Below, piece by piece: positions 50,309-60,607 of a stretch of DNA of 64,000 bases. Within the stretch, counting starts at the first letter, position 1; each line of letters begins with the position of its first letter. The notes below the pieces were generated by a model, which was not told the origin of the DNA, ran no database searches, and saw nothing but the letters and a program-made list of their open reading frames with translations. The position numbers were made by a program, and so were the translations under genes. The stretch is from Naegleria gruberi (lineage: Eukaryota), in NCBI GenBank assembly GCA_000004985.1, contig GG738924.1; one strand, 5' to 3'.

Positions 50309-51893
50309 TTTTTCACTTATTAATTATTTAATTGATGATGAAAAAGATTTTTTGCTTGATAGTTGGTTGTGATCAAATAATAATATTATCATCTTTGGCA
50401 GAGTATATTCAATAATTATTCTAACTATTATAACTAAACAATAGTTTGGAAAGAATTAAAAACAATAATTTAATGAGCAAAATTTGAAAAAAGCCGATAA
50501 GGATATCATCCCCTTGTTAGAATCATTAGTCAATGATCAAAATTGTGTTGGAGAAAAAGATTAGAGGTATTGTGTGGTTGTTATGGTGAATGAGACAATG
50601 GTAAATTTCGTTATATGAGAAAATATAACGAGTGTCTCTCACTCTCTTCGGATGACAATGATTGCAAATCCACATGTACAATATCCTGACAACCAGGTGG
50701 TTACACTCAGCTGCAAGGTGACTGTACCTTTGGACAATCACATATTGTCCATCCACAAGTTGTTGCTACTATTATGGCCAACTAATTTCCAATGTTCAAC
50801 TGTTTTTCATCATGATAAACATAACAAGATATCCAGTCGCTGTGGTGATTGCACCACAATTAGGAACTGTCTAATCTTTAGCATTGTTCATCATTCCTCA
50901 GAGTTGACAAATAGCAGCAACAAGTGTTCATGATCAATATCCAGAATTATTTGATACTTTGTTTCGACATGACCATATTCTTTCTATTGATAAGAGCCAT
51001 ATCCAAAATCTTTCCCAACTCACAATGAGATGAAGCCTTGCTTACCGGACGAGTACAACTTGAAACTGGAGTATTAACTTGATGACCATTATTTACCTTT
51101 GTTGGCACATAGGAAGTTCCAATGAATCCCATTTGATTTCTATAGTTTTGAAATTCGAGCATTTTGTATCTTCTAATATATGGTTCAAGCACACAGAGTT
51201 TGTTTGATTGAAAAACTATCAACGTTTTGTCGTTTCGTTGTTGGTTTGTTGTGACGTCGTTTTTTCTTCGGCGCTCTCTTCTGATTGTTGCACTTATTGA
51301 TTTGTTCAGTAAAGTGCTAAAAATTGTTTGATAAAACGCTGCGTTTTCTACCGTTACAAGTGACGGAATTAGAAAAAATCTTAGATAATAATAAAGGCTT
51401 GTCGAATGTTGTGATCGATGGAAAGTTGATGAGGTTGATGAAGGGAACTGAACAAAAGGATCTAATTCAGGTGTACAGATATCACTTGCAATTTTACTGT
51501 AGATGTGAGTTAATTTTAAACTAGAGTCTCTATTAATATTCAATCAATTTTTATTGATGAAAGGTTGAGCTTAAGAGTGAGGATGATTCATAGTTGGCAA
51601 GTTAGAGAGAAGAGATAATTTCCTCAATCGAAAGGTTGAATTGCTTGTTGTGATGTTGATGAAAATCCTCATTGAATTGTACTAATCGGAAAAGTGTCTA
51701 TTGAGATAATTTCTATTACCGTTGTGAGGTCTTAAGAAAATTGTGTTCTTTTGAAGAACATCAAAAGTACTCTCAATTTACCTTGTACTACCGCTAACTT
51801 GAATTCCAACAATATGAACTTGTAGTTCCTTGACTCTCGTTGATGTTCTCTTCAAATCTTATATCATCTCAAAATAATTCACTTACTAGAAAA

Positions 51894-53037
51894 ATGTCAA
51901 CACAAGAACAAGCAGATAAATGGTTTGAAACTAATATGGATGTTTGGTATGATGCCATTGTCGATCTAACATTTAGGTGAGTTGATCTATTATTCTTCTA
52001 TTATTTAATTTGGTTATCATATTATAGAACAAGAATGATATCTCTTTCGGAGGAGCAAATTATGGCCATCATTCTCGATAATGAATATTTCAATGGTGAA
52101 TGCAATCAGGAAGTGTTGGAAACAAGTGGTATTGATATCGTGTCGAGTTTAAATTCCGACACAAGGCGAACAGTATTGGAAACGTTAGAAATTGATGTAA
52201 ATAGAGAGATGAAAGAATTATCTTGTTGTAATGATGAAGGATGTTTTATTAAATTGAGCTGTAGATCTCCGAAGGATGCCTTTGCTGTATGTGCAAAGAT
52301 GAAGGAGTTATTCAATGACAAGATTGAGAAAATTGTAATGGAAAAGAAAGGAGTTTTAGCAACTCCCAATGAAAGGTTGATAGCTGTCAACGAATCATTT
52401 ATACAATCAATGAAGGTGAAGGATTTTGCTGAAGAGTACACATATTTTACCAAGTCAGCAAGAGTATTGGAAGATTTACTGTTATTTCTCAAATATGATA
52501 AGAAGCAACGAGAAGAAAATCCTATCAAGATTATCATTAGAGAGTGGGTTGATATTCCTTCAAAATATGAATTCAGATCATTTGTGAAAAACAAACAATT
52601 GACAGCCATCTCTCAATATTTTGACACTTGTTCTATCCAGATTTGGTTGCAGAGGAAGATTTAATTAAGGAAAAAAACTATACGACTTTTTCACAAACCA
52701 AGTTGCTCATCGAGTTCCCCTAAATGATTACATTTGTGATTTTGCAATTGATTCGAATGGAAGAGTTTACATTGTTGAATTGAATCCATTCTCCACAACA
52801 ACTGATGCATGTCTCTTCAGTGTAAGTTGACTTTAATTCTTGAAAATTTATTTACTAAAATACTTACAATGAAAATAATAGTGGACAAAGGATGGTGAAA
52901 TTTTGAATGGAATACAAATCAAGAATGAAACAAATCAATTGGATCAGATCGAGTTTAGACTCAAAAAGGAAGTTGAAAAGCATTTGAAACATCAAATCAT
53001 TTCAGTGTGGGTTCCTTTTGTCATTCCATCCCAATAA
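51894..53037 (+). CDS. CDC123: CDC123 / D123-family protein, at least 4 exons, with one unresolved frame problem
   Basis: Exon 1 is 51894..51976 and intron 1 is 51977..52027 (GTGAGT...TATAG). Exon 2 starts at 52028 and contains the family motif KLSCRSPKDA. The last intron is 52822..52881 (GTAAGT...AATAG) and the final exon is 52882..53037 (...LFSWTKDGEIL...). Between about 52640 and 52678 the reading frame changes twice around TAA and TGA stops and an A7 run. No GT-AG intron of the right phase fits. See findings. Confidence 0.6.
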
Positions 53038-53146
53038 ATATTTTACAATTTCCAATAATTGAATTGTAAACTATTACCCAAACACAACCATCAACTTACT
53101 TTCTAATTGATTTCCACCATTCATTGAGAAAAATCAATGAAAAAAA

Positions 53147-54316
53147 ATGGGAAATTGGATCGCTAAAACATTTTCCACTTTTTCTACGAGAATCAATAAT
53201 TATTATGATTATGATGATAATGCAGAGAATGGTCGTGATGATGAGCAAACAAAAGGCCATAGAATAATTTGCGATTTATTTCGTGATTACGATCTTGATT
53301 GGGTGATTCCGAATAGTGATGATAATTCCGATATTGATGATCAATATTATCATCAATTAGTTTATAATGAAGAGAATATTGGAGTGTTGGAAGAAAAACT
53401 GCCGTGTGAAATCATTGTTTGCATTTTGACTTTTTTGCCTTTTGAAAGTTTAGTAAAACTTGGCAGAGTTTCGAGGAATTTTAGAAATTACTGGATAGAA
53501 TTGCCACAATTATGGAAATCGAGAAGTGATTCTAAAATAATTTCAGAATGTATGATGCCTTTTTGTCCTGTTTTTTCGAAAATTAATCCAGTGATGAATT
53601 CTCTATTCTTTCAAAAGTCAATGAAAGTCAAAATTAATAATTCATTTGTATATTCTGAAATACGGGAAGCAACGGATTTGAGTAGAATACCAATCGTAAT
53701 ACTGTATGTTTTTGTGGAATATTCAATTACTAACTCTTGGGGTCCTTCGATTAGATTTGTTGGTTTGGATAAATGTGGAAAATCGCAACTCATATCCAAA
53801 GCAATGAAACGAGAGAATTTCACAGATTTTTATATTCCTACTATTGGATTAGATACCTGCTCTTGTAGATATCGATATCAAAACAAATTGTTTCATTTCA
53901 ATACATGGGATACGAGTGGTCAGGAAAGATTTAAATTTGTCAACTCTACACTTCACTCGAAAGCAAAAATTAATTGTTTTTGCTTTAGTTTGAATGATTA
54001 TTCATCTTTTGAAAGGTGTAAGGAAAATTATAACGATTGGAAAAAAAGGAATGCTAATTACAAAGTTATGGAATATTTGGAAAATCATAATGGATGTGTT
54101 TTAATACTTGGATTGAAATCTGATCTAGAGCAGAAGGTTCCATCGCAGGAAATTAAAGAACTTCTATTGGTTGAACCGGCCAACTGCAGGTTATATTCGA
54201 ATAGAGTACAATATTTTGCGCTAAGCTCCAAGAATGATACATTTGAAGATTTGATGATACCATTCCTTTATGCTAGGTCAATAACAGAACAACCACAATT
54301 CTTCAATAATTATTAA
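53147..54316 (+). CDS. N-myristoylatable F-box + Ras-like small GTPase domain protein (389 aa)
   Basis: MGNWIAK (Gly2). F-box LPCEIIVCILTFLPFESLVKLGRVSRNFRNYW. GTPase motifs G1 GLDKCGKS, G2 PTIG, G3 WDTSGQE, G4 LGLKSD, G5 SSK. Confidence 0.6.
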   Translation: MGNWIAKTFSTFSTRINNYYDYDDNAENGRDDEQTKGHRIICDLFRDYDLDWVIPNSDDNSDIDDQYYHQLVYNEENIGVLEEKLPCEIIVCILTFLPFESLVKLGRVSRNFRNYWIELPQLWKSRSDSKIISECMMPFCPVFSKINPVMNSLFFQKSMKVKINNSFVYSEIREATDLSRIPIVILYVFVEYSITNSWGPSIRFVGLDKCGKSQLISKAMKRENFTDFYIPTIGLDTCSCRYRYQNKLFHFNTWDTSGQERFKFVNSTLHSKAKINCFCFSLNDYSSFERCKENYNDWKKRNANYKVMEYLENHNGCVLILGLKSDLEQKVPSQEIKELLLVEPANCRLYSNRVQYFALSSKNDTFEDLMIPFLYARSITEQPQFFNNY

Positions 54317-54348
54317 TAATTGAAAAGTTGTTTGTGAAAATAATTTAT

Positions 54349-55212
54349 TTAACACAAGACAATGACAAATTGAAGAGTTGCCAATAGGAGCAAGCAAGCC
54401 ATATTGAACGTACCCACAGCAGAATTCATCTTGAAGACATATTCTTGTCCAATGTAGGCCCATGATCTTCCATTGTCCTTTCTGGTTGCAACTACATCAA
54501 TATGATAAGCGGCACTCTTCTTCAGATTTAATACGAAACTAGTTGATGAGGTACATCCTTGAAGTTCACTATCTGCAAAGACAGCACATGCACTTCCATG
54601 AACATCTCCATCATCATGTTCTTGTTCAGAGTGAGCATAGACACAATAGTCGATATAGGCAGCATTCTCAACAACTGGATTCCAACTCAATTCAATTTGG
54701 TCACCATTCTGTTTAACAGTGATGGAATCAGAGGATGGGAGGATTGGATATGGATTGGTAGAGGTTGAGTAGAGGAGATTATATCTTGCCTTGACATTAC
54801 CTGAGTTTGTAACCTTGAGATAATAGGTGGAGTTTCCTGGGAGAATACCATAAATACCTTTAAGATTGAATGGAGTAACAACATTTGGAATATCGTCCTT
54901 GGATGATCTGCTCTTATATTTAATTTGTGGAAATATGAAAGAGAATAAGCTATTGCCTGTGGTCAGTTCGCTTGCTTTAGAGACTTGGGATGAGTTGGCA
55001 ATGAACCAATCAATTTTTCCTTCACAAGGAAGAACAAAAACCATCAAATTGGAGCTAGTGACTGGATCTGTTTTAAATTTGTAAAGATTGGTCATACCAT
55101 TCGATTGAATTACTGAAGGAATGGAAACACCCATTTGATCAGAGAGATCAATTTATTGTTGAGCCATTGAAAGAGTAGTAATGAAGCAAATAATGACAAG
55201 CAATATTGCCAT
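54349..55212 (-). CDS. Putative GPI-anchored/TM surface protein with an FN3-like domain (signal-peptide segment separated by an in-frame TAA)
   Basis: ORF 54349..55134 has an FN3-like block (SITVKQNGDQIELSWNPVVENAAYIDYCVYAH) and a C-terminal hydrophobic tail. Upstream at 55212..55156 lies a signal peptide MAILLVIICFITTLSMAQQ in the same frame. It is cut off by TAA at 55153-55155, with no GT donor available. Confidence 0.4.
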
Positions 55213-55429
55213 CAAGGTCTTGAACAGAATTTCTCTGTTGTTTTGAGATTTGTAGAGAAGGAATATATTTTCTTGAACGCTCTTTGGAGAATTATTTTTT
55301 AACCATTTAATTGCCTCTCCACTTTTGGAATTTAATTGGATATTGTGAAATGCAGAGATCGTAACATGTTCAATGTATTTGGTACAGGTTCAATTATTAG
55401 TTGATTTCTGTTATTTATTCGAAACATTA

Positions 55430-56650
55430 AGTGAAATAGTTTAATTTATTTTGTTATTAATATTTCTCACGTATTACTAAGAATCTGTTAACAAATTCAG
55501 TTAATTTACAAGGTTTTGATGATTGGCTTTGATGGCTTTTTACATGTCTTTCTCTTGATACAAATCTTCTTCTTGATTGACTTGCAACACTTTTTCTTTC
55601 CACCAACTAATTTGAATTTCTTACAAATCTTCTTTCCCTTTGAACGTTTCAAACACTTCTTATAATACTTCTTCTTGATACATCTTGGTGGAATGACAAT
55701 TGACTTGGCACAATACTTCTTCTTGTTATATTTCACACATTTGGAAATAGTCTTCTTGTGTTTACAGAACTTGATAGTCTTATGTTTGGCACAGAAGAAT
55801 TTCTTCTTAATGAGACAACATTTCTTAATGGATTTTCTCTCCTTACAATATTTAACCTTCTTATACTTGGCACATTTCTTTGCCCATGAAACAATCTTGC
55901 ACTTTTTAACATATCTACATTTGGCAATCTTCTTATTATAGGAATCAACAGTATACTTATCACAGACTTTCTTCTTTTCACACTTCTTGATTGGAACCTT
56001 CTTGAATTTCTTACAGATCTTCTTGCAACCCTTCTTGACACACTTGTTGACAATCTTGTGTTTGGCACAGAATTTCTTGAAACCCTTCTTAATACAAATC
56101 TTCTTAGTTCCATAAGAATCACAAACTTTCCAATACTTCTTCTTGGCACATCCAACAGTCTTGTATGCATGCAAGACACACTTCTTTGTTGCCTTACTGT
56201 ACTTGTCACATTTGGAATATTTCTTATGTTTGAGACATTTACCAGCACCGACAATTGCATATTGATCACAGACCTTCTTTTGACCGACGAGTTTGTGTTT
56301 CAAACACTTCTTAATCCACTTGTGCTTTAAGCATTTTCTCTTACAAATTCTTGGTTTGTGATACTTGTCAACTACGACAACTGGAGGTTTGGTTTGATAG
56401 CTGTCACTTGCTTGAACTGAGAGGATTGCAAGTAAAAGTAGAATTGCAATTGAAAAGATTAGATTTGTTTTCATTTTTTTGTTGGATAGTAAAGTTCAAA
56501 CACATGGTGCTAATTTAAACCATTTCGAATAGTTTTTCATTTGGAACAAACTCAAAAAGTTAGATGTAAGGTTCCAAATTTGGATGGAAATCTGATTTCC
56601 CTAATGAAACCTTCACTGATTCAATCTACTAATTTACTTTTCAAATATCA
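55430..56650. repeat. Arm B of the 1.2-kb inverted segmental duplication (partner 12283..13500)
   Basis: Reverse-complement match to arm A including both gene flanks. Divergence starts at about 12283/56650 and about 13500/55430. Confidence 0.8.
55506..56474 (-). CDS. Secreted polybasic cysteine-repeat protein, copy B (322 aa)
   Basis: About 97% identical to copy A. Differences are PVVVVDKYHK vs PVVDKYHK, a few K/R/I/V substitutions, and a C-terminus ...CKKPSKPIIKTL. Confidence 0.7.
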   Translation of the reverse strand: MKTNLIFSIAILLLLAILSVQASDSYQTKPPVVVVDKYHKPRICKRKCLKHKWIKKCLKHKLVGQKKVCDQYAIVGAGKCLKHKKYSKCDKYSKATKKCVLHAYKTVGCAKKKYWKVCDSYGTKKICIKKGFKKFCAKHKIVNKCVKKGCKKICKKFKKVPIKKCEKKKVCDKYTVDSYNKKIAKCRYVKKCKIVSWAKKCAKYKKVKYCKERKSIKKCCLIKKKFFCAKHKTIKFCKHKKTISKCVKYNKKKYCAKSIVIPPRCIKKKYYKKCLKRSKGKKICKKFKLVGGKKKCCKSIKKKICIKRKTCKKPSKPIIKTL

Positions 56651-57363
56651 ACTCATATTTCAAATTTAAATAATGTTATATGATTCGTACATTACAATTA
56701 ATTCAAGTTCTTCTTTCACTTTCAAGGTTTAATGCCTTCTTTTGTGTTTCTATTGAATGAGTAATTCATTAAAAATCTTTGGACTCATTCTATGACGTCA
56801 AATATTAATTGACAAGCATTACTTGTTTCTGTGAAAATCACTCGAATATTCACAATACTTCCAATAAGACCAAATCACATGCTTCTTCAGTTGTTGCTAT
56901 TGAAAGTCATGTTTCGTCTGCAAAGAATTGCGACAAGTGCTCGAATGATGATGAAGAGAAAGTTTTGGCAACTCATCGCTGCAAGCAATGTAATTCGTTT
57001 GATTTGTTTTCAAATTGTGAAAGACAATTATTTACAAAAAAAGGATGATGTGCGTAGACAGAAAAAATTGTAATTTGTAATATTGAAAGCAATTTTCACG
57101 TTTCAACCAGTCAGTTATGAGAATTCCATTGAAAAGCTTAAAAAAAAATGACAACCAACAAACCTGTTAGATTTTTCAGTGGCCAAGTCATTGTTACCAA
57201 GAGAACCAATCAATACTTTGAAGTATTTGATTCAGTCTGTGATCAGAAAGCAGACACAGAAACTATGCAAACAGATCAATACAATTATTACATATTTGTT
57301 GCAGTGTTGGCAGATGGAGTGTACAAGTAAAGAATAGAGTAAAGGTGAATGATGTAATCCTAG

Positions 57364-58947
57364 ATGAAATTCATGGTATTAAAGTATATAGAGCATTCGG
57401 AACGAATTATTCCAAACGAACCTTTGCGACTTATTCAACGTGATGAACAATTTGAACACATTGCACAATTCAAAACACTTATAAAAGCAAAGGATGATCC
57501 AAACGATACCAGCTACTTTATGACAACCAAATATTATGAAGGAGGTACTTTAGGTAATACCAAATATGGATTTTCATTTAACTTTGTAATTTCAGTTGGA
57601 AAACAATTAGTTCAAGGTTTGAAAGATATTCACATGAAAATGAGTCTTATCCACAGAGATATAAAGTTAGATAACATTGCTCTTGATCAAGTGGTAGTTG
57701 AAAATAATGAAATTCAAAGCGCAATCATCAAGGTTATTGATTTTGAAAGTGCTGTTTCTATTCAAAATCAGGGAGCTCTTGAAGAAGAAATGTATCATGC
57801 CACTAAAAGTTATCGATGCCCAGATGATATACTACTTTCCACCAAGAGCGAGATTTATGCTCTTGGTTTGATTTTATTTAGAATGTTGTATGGTACCTAT
57901 GGTGAAAGAGACGAATTGCACGTTTCTCAAAATTTCAAAGGTCAACAAGATTACACCGAACAAATGAAAAAAAGCCTTGATGTGAATACAAGATTACACA
58001 GAACAATTATGGATGATTGTAGAATGAAAAGATTATTGAAAAGGATGTTAAGTTACAATCCCCACCAAAGACCAGAATTAGACGAAATAGATTTTGAACT
58101 TAGCATTATTAATACAGCTGTTGATCCACCAATACCACTACCGTGTCTTAGAATCGATGAATCTTATAGACAGAAAAGATGTTTTGAACCTAAATCGGTT
58201 TATTTGGAAGATATTGCTGACATGTTTAATGTTGATGTTCTTTCCATGACACCTGAAAATATTCTCAGCTTTTGTGACAACAATGAATGTGCTGGATTGA
58301 GTTCTGATTACTTTATTCAAGATACATGTGTTATGATTATTTGTAAGATTATGAATGTTGAACCACATCCAGACAAAAATCAAACACGTAAGCTTTGTAA
58401 ACTTGAAAAGGAACATTTAAACAAGTTGGGCTATGCCATGAAAGAATTCGAGTTGAATTTAGGACAAAACCTATCAAGAGTCAACAAACTTTTTGAAAAA
58501 CAAAGAAAAAACAAAAATCCAAAAGAAATATTAGATATGGTAAATGAGAATCTTGAAGTTAATCCAAATTTGAAGAAAACAGCCAGTGATATACTGCAAC
58601 TTGTAGATATGATAAGACCACAGCTTAATCTACTATCGACACCATCCTCAGACACCGAAAACATCGATGATGGCGATTCTCGTTTTCTGAAGTTGTTTCC
58701 AATTTCAAATGGTTCATCAAGTCAAAAACCAACCAAAATTGTAAAAGTGCAATGCTTGAACGGTGGTGATGAAAAAACTATTGATGTAACCAATTTTGAT
58801 GTTATGGGTACTCAATGTCAACAGAGATTTCAAAATGAAAAACTGATTGCAATCTTGAAACAGAACAAATTTGTTGATTTATTGGAAGAATTGCAAGATG
58901 GAGAAACATACGTTGTTATTACAAGAGACTATTTTTTAAACAAGTAA
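57364..58947 (+). CDS. Protein-kinase-like protein (527 aa) with an atypical DFE motif and no in-frame N-lobe
   Basis: Hinge YFMTTKYYEGGTLG, catalytic loop LIHRDIKLDNIALD, DFG replaced by VIDFESA, an activation segment ending PDD, then SEIYALGLILFRMLYG. The Gly-rich loop and VAIK Lys are not found. The upstream ORF 57148..57330 is in the same frame but separated by 5 stops, and no GT-AG solution fits. Confidence 0.55.
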   Translation: MKFMVLKYIEHSERIIPNEPLRLIQRDEQFEHIAQFKTLIKAKDDPNDTSYFMTTKYYEGGTLGNTKYGFSFNFVISVGKQLVQGLKDIHMKMSLIHRDIKLDNIALDQVVVENNEIQSAIIKVIDFESAVSIQNQGALEEEMYHATKSYRCPDDILLSTKSEIYALGLILFRMLYGTYGERDELHVSQNFKGQQDYTEQMKKSLDVNTRLHRTIMDDCRMKRLLKRMLSYNPHQRPELDEIDFELSIINTAVDPPIPLPCLRIDESYRQKRCFEPKSVYLEDIADMFNVDVLSMTPENILSFCDNNECAGLSSDYFIQDTCVMIICKIMNVEPHPDKNQTRKLCKLEKEHLNKLGYAMKEFELNLGQNLSRVNKLFEKQRKNKNPKEILDMVNENLEVNPNLKKTASDILQLVDMIRPQLNLLSTPSSDTENIDDGDSRFLKLFPISNGSSSQKPTKIVKVQCLNGGDEKTIDVTNFDVMGTQCQQRFQNEKLIAILKQNKFVDLLEELQDGETYVVITRDYFLNK

Positions 58948-60607
58948 CGTTTCCTTAATAAAACATTCAAAAAAACGTTTTAAATGTTGTCTAGAATGTT
59001 GTTGAAACCCTTAATTTTCAGAGCCGAAAGGTTACTCTACAATAGCAACTCCACCTAAGAGAGTCTTATTAGAAACGTTACCTTCCCAGTCTAGTCTTCA
59101 TCTCTCCTTTGAGGATCAGCTAATCCCACTCGCAACTGGTGAACAATTTAAGAAAGCACTCCCTTATCATCATATTGCTTGTTAGACAGTTAAAAGCCCT
59201 TGGGTTTTATAAAAAGAGATTCAGTGCAGAGATTGCCAACTGAATACACGACCATTTCTAGTATTGGAATTATCCTGTATGGAATGAAGAGAAATCATAG
59301 GGATAATACATTGTATTAGAGTTATCACAGTGGACCCATCATTGTTGATCTAAATCTGCCTCTTAATTATACGTATTATCTTCAAGAAAATGTTAAAGAA
59401 GATATAAATGGCAATGATTGCATTAGTTGCTCAACACAGAGAAACTTTGCAGAAACCCACAAGTTGATTGATTCAATTGATTCATTTAGTCCAATGAATT
59501 GGCCAGGAGTTAATCCAAGTATGAGAGATACAGAATCCCTTCAAATTATCATGAAAGATATTGAGAAACATAGAATAACTAGTTCTCATGTTTATCATTG
59601 GATGGAAGGAGTTGAATTGAAATATTCAGATGGAGGAAAGATTTGGTTTCATTTTACAATTGAAAATGCATATGTAATGGTTGATTATCAATCTTCTAGT
59701 TTATTTTAGAGAGAGTGGATTGTTATACTAATAGAATAATCAAATTAATAGTAAGAGAAAGATTGAAAAAGTAAAAGTAGGAAGACAGGGAATCAAACTC
59801 TGATCTTTGGAACCACAATCCCACTAAACCATCTCCCTCATTGCATTCTTACATTTAGAATAATTTAAGTATATTAAGGGTTTGGTCAGGCAAATTAGTT
59901 GATATGCAAATGGGAACAATCTTCTTATAAATTACATCTTTCATAATAATCTTGAGTGTGATTTTGCAAATAGATTTGATTAGAAATAGTTTATTCCTTT
60001 TCTTTGTATGATACAATTTTCAATGCTAATAGTTTCGCTCGCAGTTAGCAAATTTGAGGTCTATATTGATCAAGATGATATGCCTATTATTGAATATGTG
60101 TTGTTACTATTACACATAACAATCCGAGCACTTCTTTACCATCTAGCATCCCAAACATCACTATATTCATGTCTATGTGGCAATGATTCAATTCCACTCA
60201 AAGTACAATCCTTTGTAGTCTTTGATAAAACGGAACGAGTCATTGTTCTTCCGGCTCCATGATATTCGGCTTTCCAATACTTGTTAGAGTGAAGTGTTTT
60301 TGTTATTTTTAGATTTTAAAAATAAATTTGAACACTTTGAGTTCTTCTGGTGTTCATTGTAATTATACACATGAATTTTGTTGATAATAAAAGTTGTAGT
60401 CTACATGTGATGAGCAATGATAAATTGTGTTTCTTTTCATGAAGATTAGAATACACAATTAACTTCTTATTATTAGTATGAGCCCATCTTCACATATTTT
60501 TTGAAACAAAAAGCTGGGCTCTGGCGATAATAACATCATCAAGCTGTGCTTTATTTGATGATGAAGTATTTATTAGACTGCTTATTTAAAGCGTATACGA
60601 GCAATCA

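Noticed and set aside
50947-51543. 198-aa minus-strand ORF and the moderately GC-richer stretch 50560-51300
   Set aside because: The translation is S/T/R-rich low complexity with no motif. I could not support a coding or ncRNA call, so it is left unannotated.
36001-55200. Possibility that TAA/TAG are sense codons (a ciliate-type code), prompted by several in-frame stops in otherwise clean genes
   Set aside because: Conserved genes (H3, V-ATPase a, PNPO, FPGS) terminate exactly where orthologs end, at TAA, TAG or TGA. Each apparent in-frame stop is explained by a canonical GT-AG intron (C2 gene, 2OG oxygenase, TELO2) or a local lesion.
58948-59190. Possible extra 3' exon after the kinase-like gene (acceptor-like TTAATTTTCAG|AGCC followed by a 55-codon open frame)
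   Set aside because: I could not find a donor and phase combination that joins it to the kinase ORF without an immediate stop. Left unannotated.
59780-59837. tRNA-like sequence on the minus strand (GGGAGATGGTTTAGTGGGATTGTGGTTCCAAAGATCAGAGTTTGATTCCCTGTCTTCC) with A-box (TTTAGTGGG) and B-box (GTTTGATTCC) resemblance and a CCA anticodon-like loop
   Set aside because: Only 58 nt. The D and anticodon stems do not pair, so it is not a functional tRNA. It is at best a decayed tRNA-Trp-like relic or a chance match.
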